DNA of 64,000 nucleotides from contig NC_043017.1 of assembly GCF_006345805.1 (NCBI RefSeq), positions 2,294,001-2,358,000 of the forward strand. Reading direction: 5' to 3'. The DNA is from Octopus sinensis. Taxonomy: Eukaryota. The notes under the pieces are model-generated. The model was given only the letters and a program-made list of their open reading frames with translations. It did not search any database and was not told where the DNA came from. Shown in pieces: positions 1 through 12,300 of this stretch (the stretch's first letter is position 1; the number at the start of each line of letters is the position of its first letter). The position numbers and the translations under genes were made by a program.

Positions 1-4
1 AGCG

Positions 5-200
5 GGGTCTCATTCCATAGTGTCGTCATAGCTTCCAATGTATATATGTCTCAACTCTATCGTGTCTGTGAAAAGATTTCTTCTTATCAGGACTGGGCAG
101 CCAGAGACTATATGATTTATTGTTTCTTCTCCATCACCACATATATCGCAGTTACTCATATTCCATTTCAGTAAATGTGACATTAGCGTGATTTGAAACC
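5..200 (-). mobile_element. Decayed RLE-type non-LTR retrotransposon fragment (R4/Dong-like), CCHC zinc knuckle plus RHD motif
   Basis: Minus strand reads CDICGDGEETINHIVSGCPVL, then after a frameshift HRHDRVETYIHWKL*RHYGM. This matches the C-x2-C-x8-H-x4-C plus RHD/N..HW signature that precedes the restriction-like endonuclease in R4/Dong/R2-group LINEs. Confidence 0.85.
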
Positions 201-674
201 ATAGCATTTTGGGTTTGGGAAAATACCATGAAACATTCTGTCCGAACATTTAACGATTCCGTCAGTTTTCATATTTAAAATTTTTCTTCGGGTCTTCAGT
301 TGACAAGATTTCATCTACGTTGACATTAAGATGCCACGATATTATCGATGTTTGTTCAGGGATTAGCTTTCAGTTCAACAGATTTTTCACGCTACTTCCA
401 TCTCCATCGGTGCCTAGGGACTTCTCACAGATTTATAGGTTTATTTCATGGGTTTGCTGGTATTTTGACTAAGCCAGTTTACTGACCAGTTGATTTCACC
501 CAAACACATTAAATATTATGGTTGTATACTGTCAACTTAACGTGACAGTAGAGGATTACACCACTGCTGTTTAGCCCTAGGAAGCATCGACGCTTCCTGT
601 CGGCTTCCACACACTTACTGTGTCCTTATATATTTACGAAGGAGAGACAAATACCCCCAAAAGCTAGGCCTGCA

Positions 675-721
675 TCTAGAGACACGCATGTTTCAGGGTC
701 TTTGCCCATCATCGGTCTAGA
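675..721 (-). ncRNA. Degenerate type I hammerhead-ribozyme-like motif
   Basis: Minus strand: stem I TCTAGA/TCTAGA, core CCGATGA (U4C variant), imperfect stem II TGGGC-aaa-GACCCT, GAAA, stem III ACA-tgcg-TGT, cleavage triplet GTC. Confidence 0.5.
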
Positions 722-1242
722 GTAGCATAAGCCTGCTAGCTGTGGATATCTGTCTCGATTTCGTAAATATATATATCTAATTTTCAGTGAAGTATATTCA
801 TCTTTATTTATTTTACTTATTTGTGTGTGTGTGTGCGCGCGCGCGCATGTGTATGTGTGTGTGTGTGTGTGTGATCGCTGAGTTTTCTTGTTTTATGTAC
901 CACTGAGTCCTCAGATTCCCTCTAGCATTGGTTGGTTGCAAAACGTAGTTACAAGGTGTACAGTTGTACGATATCACCGTATGGATTCTTAACCAGGTTC
1001 TTCCAGTTCAGGAACCCTGCAGATTTCCAACGAGAAACAGACAACCCAGTAGTCACTTCAGAGAAAAGACAATATGAACAGGTTTAAAGTTATATACAAG
1101 TTATTTACAATATTTTCCAGTTTTATGATTAATAAAATATATAAATAATTTCTTAGTTGTTTGATAAAAGTTCTTTGGAGCTTCACTTCATGCCAGCCCA
1201 TGAAGTATTTGGACACTATCTACCGATAGATAGATAAATGAA

Positions 1243-1346
1243 TAGAGAGAGAGAGAGAGAGAGAGAGAGATACAGACAGGCAAACAGACAGATAGACAGG
1301 GAAATAGATAGATAGATAAATAGATAGATAGATAAATAGATAGATG

Positions 1347-1414
<68 letters not shown>

Positions 1415-1430
1415 TAGCTATATATAGATA
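1243..1430 (+). repeat. (AG)n/(AGAC)n/(AGAT)n compound microsatellite
   Basis: Direct reading; source of spurious IYLS ORF 1216..1464. Confidence 0.97.
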
Positions 1431-2075
1431 TATGTAGATATATGTTTATAATATATACGCACATATTTTTATGTCTATGGGACTATTATAATTAGGGGTG
1501 CTTTCGTATATTGTACAGAGTATTATATAGGTGAGGTTGTTTGCATGCGTGTGCGTATCTGTGCTCGTACGCGCATATACACTCACCCACTCTCACACAC
1601 GTACATATTTCACACCCGCCGTTTCCACCAGACACATTAGACATATATATATATAGAGGGACATTATTAAATTACCCGAAGTTATCCCGTGAAAGGAGTT
1701 ATAAAAAATTACAAATCTAGCTGCTATGTTGTTGTCTTTTTGTTTTTTTTTTCTCATCAGACCACTTTCAGGAGTCCTTGTTACATGCAACAATAACCTG
1801 AAAATATATAATCAATTTAATTGTTCGGTTGTACAAACACGATTCAGCGGCGCTTACATGGATCATTCTTGAAACGAGAGAGATACAACGAAACTTACAC
1901 ACGAACACAGAGCCATGAAGAATTTCTCGTAAATTTGTCATGTAGATTGTGAAATGACGACTCGCAGAGGCTATAGAGTGTATAGCTCACTATGATGAAT
2001 AATTATTTGTTTCTGTGAACGTGTGTACACCATATGAATATTGACGAATCGCTGTACACGCGTATATAAATGTGT

Positions 2076-2127
<52 letters not shown>

Positions 2128-2400
2128 GTAAAAATGAGCACATACGCATATATGTAAAAATGATGCTAATATTAAGCTATATATATATATATGTAAATAA
2201 ACAAAATGCGTATACATATACAGACATGAAAATATACGGATATATATGATTGCGGATACGTATTTTTGTAGGCATATATATATAAATGTGCGTAGGAGAT
2301 TGTGGAGGGTTTGTATGTATAAATATGTATGCATTCCTATATGTATATATGTTTGTGGTTTTGTGTGTCTGTGTATGTATTCAACTATATATGTGTATGC

Positions 2401-2436
<36 letters not shown>

Positions 2437-2651
2437 AAAAAATGAAGTTCGAAAATGGTGCTATATTATACAATTTTTAATTTTATATATACACATTATA
2501 ACATGTTTCAGTTTTTTACAAATATATACCTACTCGTATACGAGCTAATCCTATTATAAATATATATATATATATATATGTATATATGTGTGTGTGCATG
2601 TGTATACATTCATATAAAAATGTGCATATATATGTGTGTGTGTGTGTGTGT

Positions 2652-2893
2652 AGGCGCGTGGCTTAGTGGTTAGAGTGTCAGCATCATGATCGTAAGATTG
2701 TGGTTTCGATTCCTGGACGGGCGACGCGTTGTGTTCTTGAGCAATACACTTCATTTCACGTTGCTCCAGTCCTCTCAGCTGGCAAAAATGAGTAACGCTG
2801 CGATGGACTGGCGTCCCGTCCAGCTGGGGAACACATATGCCATGGAAACCGAGAAACCGGGCCCCATGAGACTGGCTAGGCTTTAAAAGGGCT
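2652..2893 (+). mobile_element. tRNA-derived SINE, family A
   Basis: A box TGGCTTAGTGG, B box GGTTTCGATTCC, CORE-like GTTCTTGAGCAATACACTT; head and core shared with the copy at 6357-6679. Confidence 0.85.
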
Positions 2894-3697
2894 CATTTAT
2901 TTTATATATAAATATAACTGTATATATCTGCGTACCTTTCTATACGTGCGCACACACATACACACTCTCACACACACGCACACACACACACACATATGTG
3001 TGTATTTAGATACGTGGGTATGCGTGTTTACATTAATGTATTTGGGGACAAAATATTAACAGCTGGTCTAAACTTTTGAAGTTTTGCTTTGCATCCATTA
3101 AACCATTCTTTACCCCGCATGCCGAGGCACATCGGGACAATTTTGGTATAATTTGGGTCTGTGGATAACCTTAGTTTAATGAATAAAATCAGATAAAGAA
3201 ACGTGTGATAGATATCCGTCAGACCATGGTAATTTTAATCCAAAACTCAAACCCAAGACGCTTACAGGCAATGTTGGATCTTGTAAAAGGATTTCAGACC
3301 ACATAAATATATTATAATTCAAATAAGAATGGACATCTACCATTAGCTTTGGGCATCTTTAATATGTCATTCACAAACGATGAAAGAAAATCTAAACGCT
3401 TTCATCAAGGATGTGCCAGCAGATAGTGAAAAGAATCTGTGTGTGGTGGTCTGGATATGAAACCAGCAGTAATTGGTCTTCGCTCCTGCAATTGTAATAC
3501 GTTAATGGATTTATAATATTTTAGCTTTTATAACCGCAGTTGGACGTATAGAGGCTGGAGCAGAGTACATGTGTCTATACTCATGTATATATATATATGT
3601 CTGTGTTTGTACGTGTACGTATGAGTGTGCATAATAAATGTAGATTTACGCACATACATATATATATATACATACATACATATATATATATATATAT

Positions 3698-3731
<34 letters not shown>

Positions 3732-4216
3732 ATGCATAGGGAGAGAGAGAGAGAAATAGTTCATGTGTACGTGCGTGGGTAGCGGAGACACTGACAGAGA
3801 GAAAGAAAGAGAGGGAAATGCTATAATGCTGTAAGGATACAAATCGGAATGTATACAGTTGGCTAACATAAACCTTGCAACCTGAGACTTCGAGAGAAAT
3901 GCCCACTAAATGGTAACTGTTTGAGAAAATCGTTAGCATTCAGCGCTATCGTAGAATCAAGCGAATGAGATGCACCTAACATATTATATTTGTAGCAATT
4001 GAACTGGAATTCAAAAACGTATTTCGCATGCACAATCTTCAACCTTCTTGCAGAAATTAATATTTACGTGGTAAATATGGCAACACATTACGTAAAGCAA
4101 TACTTATGAATACAAAACTACCTTTCCGGTCATATATAAGCCACAGCTATAAAAGTATAACAACATAAGAATAAAATGCGATGTGACACATTTTTATCGA
4201 AAGATGAAAAACAATA

Positions 4217-4431
4217 ACAATTGCAGCGTGGAATGTGTTTATAAGCCATTTAAGAAACAAACACAAACCATTAGACAAAATTGTGTGCTGCACGGAATTT
4301 TATCAGTGAACAGGTTGCGGTCTCAAAGCGACGAAAACATTTTGGCTAATTAAATTTAAATGTTGAAGTGAATCTAACGGTTTTTGTGTGTTTCTTAAAT
4401 GGCTTATAAACACCTTCCACGCTGCAATTGT
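4217..4431. mobile_element. Foldback/MITE-like element with about 59-bp inverted arms
   Basis: ACAATTGCAGCGTGGAATGTGTTTATAAGCCATTTAAGAAAC... (4217-4275) is the near reverse complement of 4373-4431. Confidence 0.8.
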
Positions 4432-5802
4432 CTTCGTTCCAGCACACGATCTCAGATTAGATCATTTACTATGCAAGTACATCTCCCGTAAAGAAAAACA
4501 ATTTTTTTCCAGAACTAACGGTTTCAGAAAGCAAAAAATCTTAATTGTCTGTACTTTGTATACATTAACTCGTTCGCATAGACACAGATAAAATATATTC
4601 TAGACTTTAAAAAGTCTAAGTACTTCAGGTGATTTGTTTGACAGAAACTCTGCAAAGAGTTGCCATATTATTGTCGTACTCGAATGACTGAAGGAAGTAA
4701 AAAATAAAAAATGAAAGATGAAATATTGCTTAAAGGACAATGCAATTTTAAAAATTGGGTATTTCTTTCTGTGATCTTCTTTGTTTAATTTTTCAAACGT
4801 ATGGCATGAGAAATTGAAAAAAACAATACGTTTGGGGTTTTCCCACGGGAGCCAGAAATAAAAGAACACGTAGACTTGAAACAGCTGCTTTTAATCGTAT
4901 CTCTCGTGCAAAGCTTTTTGAAAAAAACATCAAGATGTCGTTCTTCTGTTAGCTTTTGTATATTCGGAAAAAGATTCAAGAATAAGTACCAGGCTTGAAA
5001 AAAGTTGTGGGGTTTTATTCATTTGTTAAAGCATTATACAGGGTGGTGTCCCAACATGGTCGCAGTCTAATGAATAAAATAAGTGAAAGAAAAAATAAAT
5101 GACACAGACACACACATATTCGTACACACCACACATACACATTCAGAGTAAATTAAAAGATATATACACAAATTGAATGGTCATAAAGGTCATCATTACT
5201 AAAGTATATTTCATTAAAAGAAAAAAATGTCAAAATTGTTGGCAGAATTTAATAGTTTATGGGCGACTGTTTTTAAACTCAAAACTGCCCACTGTTGCCA
5301 ACGCAAAGCTATGGAATTGTTAATATCATGAAACATTTTGCTCGGTATTTGAGTTCATTCTCGTTCTAGGTCTACCCACAATTAATTGACTCTTGCCGGA
5401 TTGTACCCTAAAATTTCCTTTTTATATAATCTAATAAAGAATTCTAGCACTGTGTGGTTCAAGGAACGTGTAGAGTATCCTACTGAATCTTTTCGGCATA
5501 ACTTCATTCACTACGGCCGTTACATAACGCCGACGTCCACTCTCTTCTTCTACGTTTCTTGTGAACATTCAAAGAGGCCAATTTGAGCCAAACCAATCTC
5601 CACTTCGAAAGCTTATAAGTCGCTAAGGTAGAAAGTTTGAAACACCATCATAAACAGTTTTTATGCTCAGACAGCATTTCAAACTACCAGTAGCGTTAGC
5701 AGAAAATTTCACTTTCCTCAAATCTGAATCTGGCGAATGGTTAAGTCTAAGAAATGAAAATTAAGCAAGTTATCAGCTGTTAGCATGAGCATACAAATTA
5801 GG

Positions 5803-6005
5803 GCTCGTGTGTACCGTTGGCGATTTTTTTTTCCTCTGTCTTCCCTTCTCTGGATCTTTCCATCTCCTATGTTTCCGACGAAGAGCTCCGCTCGAAACGT
5901 TAAACCCTCCTTCTTCCCTTCTTTCCTGAGCGTCCAATAATACTATATTTGTTCCCCGTCCTCGCGTTGTTGTGTTTTTTTGTGTTTTCTTGTTTGGATT
6001 AACTA
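5803..6005 (+). mobile_element. Penelope-like terminal (pLTR-type) segment next to a microsatellite
   Basis: Contains a minimal hammerhead motif (5871-5905) and ends in (TA)n. Minimal hammerheads are characteristic of Penelope-like element termini. Confidence 0.55.
5871..5905 (+). ncRNA. Minimal type I hammerhead ribozyme motif (U4C variant)
   Basis: GTTT-CCGACGA-A-GAGC-tcc-GCTC-GAAA-CGT-T-AAAC: stem I GTTT/AAAC, perfect stem II, palindromic ACGT stem III, GUU cleavage triplet. Confidence 0.65.
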
Positions 6006-6356
6006 TATATATATATGCAGACAAACATGCAGGCATAAATACATGTATGCATGCATACACACATACATACATACATGCATACATACATACATACATACAT
6101 ACATACATACATACATACATACATCATACATACATACATACATACATATGCGTGTGTGTGATGTGTGTTCTGTTCGGATGTGTGTATTGATTTATCTCTG
6201 TGTATTTTCCTTTGTACTTGTGTGAGACTATTGTTAGTTTTAATTACGGATGTGCGTACGTATGCGACTGCTTCAAACGCATGCAAAGAAGCGTCCATTT
6301 TGTTGCTAGACATTCGCATGGGGGGCGTGTATTTGCGGGATCGTGTGTATATATTT

Positions 6357-6679
6357 TAAAGACTCCGCCGGTTACGACGACGAGGGTCCCAGCTGATACG
6401 ATCAACGGAACAGCTTGCTCGTGAAATTAACGTGCAAATGGCTGAGCATTCCACAGACACGTGTACCCTTAACGTAGTTCTCGGGGAAAATCAGCGTGAC
6501 ACAGAGAGTGACAAGGCTGACCCTTTGAAATACAAGTACAACTCATTTTTGCCAGCTGAGTGGACTGGAGCAACGTGAAATAAAGTGTCTTGCTCAAGGA
6601 CACAACGCGTCGCCGGGAATCGAACTCACAACCTTACGATCATGAGCCGAATGCCCTAACCACTAAGCCACGCGCCCTC
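6357..6679 (-). mobile_element. tRNA-derived SINE, family A head/core with a different tail
   Basis: Reverse complement begins GAGGGCGCGTGGCTTAGTGGTTAGGGCATTCGGCTCATGATCGTAAGG, with B box and the same core as 2652-2893. Confidence 0.85.
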
Positions 6680-7034
6680 ACTTGTGTATATATATATATA
6701 AGTGTGTGGTAGCGACGTCTATCTATGCATGTATTTGTGCATATCACATGCAAGTTGATGCATGTATGTCAGTATATATATATATATATATATGCATGTT
6801 TGTGTGTGCTTGTGTTTATGAAGGAGGGAGAGAAGGGGAGAGAGGGAGGGGCGGGGAAAAAGGGGAAAACCTTGCGCGCGTGCAGGAATGCTTTGGATTG
6901 TAAATGCCAGCAAGGTGAGGTGTGGGGTGGGGGGCGTTTGTTCTCTGATAATATACCGGAGGGGACATTTACAAGACAGAAGACGATTTGCAGCTAATAT
7001 AATACACAACATCGGAAACGAGAACAAAACCCAA

Positions 7035-7560
7035 CACCGCCACCACCACCACCACCACCATCACAACCACCACCACCACCACCGCTACCACCAGCACCAC
7101 CACCACCACTACCACCACCACCACCACCACCACCACCGCCACCACCACCACCACCACCACCGCCATCACCACCACCGCCACCACCACCACCGCCACCGCC
7201 ACCATCACCCTCATCACCACCACCACCACCACCACCATCCACAACCACCACCACCACCACCGCTACCACCAGCACCACCACCACCACCACTACCACCACC
7301 ACCACCACCACCACCACCACTACCACCACCACCACCACCGCCACCACACCACCACACCACCCCACCACCGCCACCGCCACCATCACCCTCATCACCACCA
7401 CCACCACCACCACCACCATCACAACCACCACCACCATCACCCTCATCACCACCACCACCACCACCACCATCACAACCACCACCATCACCACCACCACCAC
7501 CATCACCACCACTACCACCACCACCACCGCCACCACCACCACCTACAGCAACAACAACCG
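7035..7560 (+). repeat. (CAC)n trinucleotide array with about 180-bp internal duplication
   Basis: Variant blocks CGCTACCACCAGCACC and CATCACCCTCATC each recur about 178-180 bp apart; the poly-His/Pro ORF 6888..7586 is a by-product. Confidence 0.9.
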
Positions 7561-7929
7561 CAGCGGCAGCATCACCATTAACATAATCGCTACCATGTGA
7601 AGCATATCATTGATTGGAGTTCCTGTGTAAGCATCACAAATGAAATTAAACTGAGGAGGGATGGGCATTAGAGCCACAAACAACAGTCAACAATAAAAAA
7701 AAAAGACATCAACAACGACGGCGATTGCAACAATAGCAACTGTTGATAATTATAGCAACAATGACAAGTGTAGGATGAGCTGCAACAACAACAACAACAA
7801 CAACAATAATTATGACAAGGACAAAAGAAAGAGCAACAATAACAAACACAATGTTACCAACTATATTCATAGTAACAATAGATAGAAACTGCTGTAAAAC
7901 ACGATATCAATAACAACAACAGCAACAGT

Positions 7930-8133
7930 CATCATCATCATCATCATTGTTCGACCGTAATTTATACTCTCCTCCTCTGGAAGCCATCTACTCGCAATAC
8001 CAGAGGGCGCACACTCTCCTACCCTGATGTAATCTCCAGGGATACAGGCATCCAGCAACAGGACCTCCGTAATGCCATGATGGACCGTGAAGTCTGGCGT
8101 AGCATGGTAAATTCCATGTCTCGACCACGGTCG
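7930..8133. mobile_element. 5'-truncated RTE-type LINE 3' end with inversion, flanked by a 12-bp direct repeat
   Basis: Plus strand encodes LLWKPSTRNTRGRTLSYPDVISRDTGIQQQDLRNAMMDREVWRSMV (RTE ORF C-terminus style). An inverted terminus with (CAT)n tail lies at 7930-7958. AACAGCAACAGT occurs at 7918-7929 and 8134-8145. Confidence 0.7.
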
Positions 8134-8145
8134 AACAGCAACAGT

Positions 8146-8340
8146 GGAGGCGCAATGGCCCAGTGGTTAGGGCAGCGGACCCGCGGTCGTAAGAACGCGG
8201 TTTCGATTCCCAGACCGGGCATTGTGGGTGTTTATTAAGCAAAAACACCTAAGCTCCACGACGCTCCGGCGGGGGAGGTGGTGAAACCCGCTGTACTCTT
8301 TCACCATAACTTTCTCTCGCTTTTTCTTTCTACTTCTGCC
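8146..8340 (+). mobile_element. tRNA-derived SINE, family D (3'-truncated)
   Basis: GGAGGCGCAATGGCCCAGTGGTTAGGGCAG, B box GGTTTCGATTCC; near-identical to 14617-14935. Confidence 0.85.
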
Positions 8341-8854
8341 AAAAAGCAGAGGAACCATGGTGTAACCCACTATGATGGTGTGGTAAACTTTCAGACCCTA
8401 GTCTAGATTGCGAATCCTCTGTACCCCAGGATGGCTCAGCTCTCCACAAGTTAAAAGCCATCGTTTACGGAATGAGGATAACAAAGTAGCTATCGCACCC
8501 GTGCAACCGTCAGTCTATCACGCGTGGTGGGTGGATCTTCAAGTTGCCACACGCATTCTTAGTAGCTTAGAGTAGGCTCGAACTAGAGATTATTCTTTTT
8601 GGCTAATGGCGTGAGTCCTGATTGGAAGAAGACAACAGCAACACCGATAACAATAGAAAACACATACACGCACATGCTCACACACACACATACATACAAA
8701 CACACGGACACATACAACATATATATATATATATATATATACGATAAAATATAAAATATAAACAAGCTGCGTGGCTGTGAGGTAAGAAGCTTGCTTCCCA
8801 ACCACACGGTTCCGAGTTCTAGGCAGAAGGCATCTTGGACCGACCCCAGCCTTA

Positions 8855-9024
8855 TGAGTCGATTACATCGACCCCAGTGCGTAACTGGTACTTATTTAAT
8901 CGACCCCGAAAGGATGAAAGGCAAAGTCGATCTCGGCGGAATTTGAACTCAGAACGTAGCGGCAGACGAAATACGGCTACGCATTTCGCCCGGCGTGCTA
9001 AAGGGCTCTGCCAGCTTGCCGCCC
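8855..9024 (-). mobile_element. SINE family C (Meta-domain-like)
   Basis: Reverse complement of the 19802 consensus, including GCCTTTCATCCTTTCGGGGTCGAT...AAGTACCAG. Confidence 0.85.
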
Positions 9025-9992
9025 TATGTAATAAATAACATTGACAATGCGATTATTTAAATAATAATATATGCACGTGCATAATACCTGTATCCATCTA
9101 TCTACGTATCTATCTATCTATATATATATATGTATACACATCCATACGCACACACAAAGATATATATATATGTAAGCACGGTTCATGCGAGTGTATATGT
9201 ATTTTGTGTGTGCGTGTGTCTGTGTGTCTGTGCCCATAGCATTAGATATCTACTATTAATATACACATACACACAAAGGCGTTTTATTCTAATTTTGCGT
9301 TCGCAAATAAATCCGAAAATACCTGGAAAGTAGACAAAGTAACGATGGCAAAGCTCAACTCGTACAAGATTAAATTAGCTGCGAGTGAGCTTGTATGTTT
9401 GTGTATGTGTGTGCTTGCGTTTATCTTCGCGTGCATAAGCGTTGTCTATACGTTTACGTGTTCGCTTTAGTATCCATGTATCTGTGAATATTTTTTTTAC
9501 TAGCTTTCGCTTTTTCAGCTCTTTTTTTTTTTATATATTCCCTTATTTATATATTTAGAGGTGATTGTGTAATTTCTTCATTGCTGCTTCGATAACTTCT
9601 CTTATAATAAACAAAAAAGCATTGCACAATAATCTTTCAAGCTGAAAAAATGTGTAGGTAGTCAGTCTCCTTTCCTCGAGACTGGAATAACATGTCTCGA
9701 TTTCGTGCTGAAGGCTATAGTAAAAAAGAATGTGTGGCAAACCACTGAGACTAATATTTAGCACAAGCACATCATTAGTCGCAAGCACCCGCGTGCCATG
9801 GGACATAGACAGATGGAATACAGTTACAGACACAAAATACTGTATTATTATCACAATTTAGTGAGGCGATACTACACGCACAAACACATACACACTAACG
9901 CACACAACTGTATATATATGTATGCATGTTTATATACAAGTTTGCATATATATATATATATATATATATACATACTTACATATATACATGTG

Positions 9993-10024
<32 letters not shown>

Positions 10025-10028
10025 GAAG

Positions 10029-10249
10029 CACATAAATGTGAAACAAGGTGCAAAATATAGTACTCGAAACCCGGCGGTAGAGTAATATGCTTTATTAAAA
10101 CGCATTATGTATATATATATATATACATACGGGAACGTGAAACTCAGAGTAACAGGTTTTGTTGAATTTTCTGCTGCTTTAAATAAAGCATATTACTCTA
10201 CCACTGGTATTTGAGTACTCTTTTTTCCACCTTGTTTCACATTTATGTG
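10029..10249. mobile_element. Foldback element with about 72-bp inverted arms in microsatellite context
   Basis: CACATAAATGTGAAACAAGGTG...GGTAGAGTAATATGCTTTATTAAA (10029-10099) is inverted at 10178-10249. Confidence 0.8.
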
Positions 10250-10407
10250 TTTACTCCGGTATATATATATATATATATACATATATATGAATATATATAT
10301 ATATATATATATATAAGTAAATAAGAAAATGGAGAGGATAATCAATCGACAAACATCAGCAAATGTAGACATTCATTCATATCTATCTATTAATTGATTG
10401 CAATCAT

Positions 10408-10600
10408 ATGTATACTCTCTCTTACTCTTTTACTTGTTTCAGTCATTTGACTGCGGCCATGCTGGAGCGCCGCCTTTAATCGAGCAACTCTAACCCGGGA
10501 CTTATTCTTTTGTAAGCCCAGTACTTATTCTCTCGGTTTCTTTTGCCGAACCGCTAAGTAGCGCGGACATAAACACACCAGCATCGGTTGTCAAGCAAGT
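10408..10600 (-). mobile_element. SINE family B, 3' half
   Basis: Reverse complement of TTGACAACCGATGCTGGTGTGTTT...GATAGAATAAGTACT...GGCGGTGCTCCAGCATGGCCGCAGTC seen in full copies. Confidence 0.85.
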
Positions 10601-11595
10601 GTAAGTAATAAAAATAAACAAATGAATAAGAATATATGATTGAAAAACACTAAGCCCTTACAACTGTTTCTGTTGTGGGTTTGCCCAGTCTGCCAAGTTT
10701 TCCACATCATGCCAGTATTATTCAGGGATTTTTCAAAGGTTGAACAAAAATTGGTCAGTGGTTGGACGATAACTGAGCCCCAAAGCTTCATCAGAGAGAT
10801 TATAATGTTAGGAATCTAAAAATTAAACATATATATATATATATATGTAATTAAATATATATATATAAAATTATGTTGGATAGCTTTCCTCGATTTCAGC
10901 ACTACGTATTTCTGTAGTGGGTATAATAATATGTGGAAATTGCTGATTTAAAAGACTGTTATCAGCATATTGGCATAGAAATAATTTTCTTTTGCCCTTG
11001 TTTATAAGTTGTATATATGTATATACACAAACATAGCAATAAAGTGCAAAATTTTTGCTATTATTTATCACGCATTATATGCGTTTCATTCCCTAGCAGG
11101 AATTACATAGATTTATATGCTAGAGAAACATATCAGGAATTTCCAATTAGAACTTCGTCAGAAAATGTTTATTTCCAATAGAAAGTTCCTTACATGTCTA
11201 TCTAACATTTGAGTCTTTGCAATTCCTATTGGAATATGAAACATGTGTAATGGAGAACAAATAGAACTAAAACATTCCACGTTCCTGTTTTGCTATACAA
11301 TAACTCTGCAAAAAATATTTCCATAAATCTCAGGTTTAATATGTATTTTGACTAACATACAGCAGCAAGTGTGGGTACATAACGATTGTAATAATTGAAA
11401 TAAGTATGTATAGATAAGTCTTCTAAGTATCCCTAGCAGAAAATGTATTCTCATACAACTATTTGTAAAGTAAGTACACTAATCATGTATTACAGATCCA
11501 TTTCGGGGACGCAAACACACCAACACCGAGTGTCAAGTGTGAAGGAGGGACCAAACACGACAGAAACCCACACGGACATAGGTACATACCTATAT

Positions 11596-11636
<41 letters not shown>

Positions 11637-11644
11637 TATATTAT

Positions 11645-11682
11645 ATATAGATAGATAGATAGAGAAGATAGATAGAATAGAA

Positions 11683-11716
<34 letters not shown>

Positions 11717-11719
11717 GGG

Positions 11720-11760
<41 letters not shown>

Positions 11761-11849
11761 GGAAAGATAGGTAGATAGATAGAGAGATAGATAGATAGAT
11801 AGATAGATGAAAGATAGGTAGATAGATAGATAGATAGATAGATAGAGAG

Positions 11850-11881
<32 letters not shown>

Positions 11882-11909
11882 ATAAATAGATAGATAGATA
11901 GATAGATAG

Positions 11910-11965
<56 letters not shown>

Positions 11966-11975
11966 GAGATAGATT
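11645..11975 (+). repeat. (AGAT)n tetranucleotide microsatellite
   Basis: Direct reading. Confidence 0.97.
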
Positions 11976-12098
11976 TCCAAATTAGCTTGGTAATGTTTTA
12001 CAATTCTAGCGGGTACTGTATTCACTTTTCCGGTTAATAATGCTGGCTAACCTCTGTGGGTGTAGAAAAACTTCAGTTAGTTTATTGAAAGACAGAGA

Positions 12099-12139
<41 letters not shown>

Positions 12140-12140
<1 letters not shown>

Positions 12141-12300
12141 TGACGGGCTTCTTTCAATTTCCTTCTACCAAATCCACTCTCAAGGCTTTGTTCAGTCTGA
12201 GGTTATAGAAGAAGACACTCGTCCAAGTTTCCAAGCAGTGGGACTGAACCGAGAAGCATGTTGTTGAGAAGCAAGCGTCTTACCACACAGCTACACCTCC
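12140..12300 (-). mobile_element. SINE family B, 5' half ending at a microsatellite
   Basis: Reverse complement GTAGCTGTGTGGTAAGACGCTTGCTT...GATTTGGTAGAAGGAAATTGAAAGAAGCCCGTC, followed by (TC)n. Confidence 0.75.

Noticed and set aside
1007-1081. Possible 75-nt exon FRNPADFQRETDNPVVTSEKRQYEQ
   Set aside because: Weak donor (GTTTAA), no recognised homology, no partner exons.
2652-2730. tRNA-like sequences with A/B boxes (also 8146, 14617, 28731)
   Set aside because: They continue into SINE bodies and lack a full cloverleaf; these are SINE heads, not tRNA genes.
6888-7586. 232-aa His/Pro-rich ORF resembling an extensin or formin
   Set aside because: It is entirely a (CAC)n array, which cannot generate stop codons; no unique domain.
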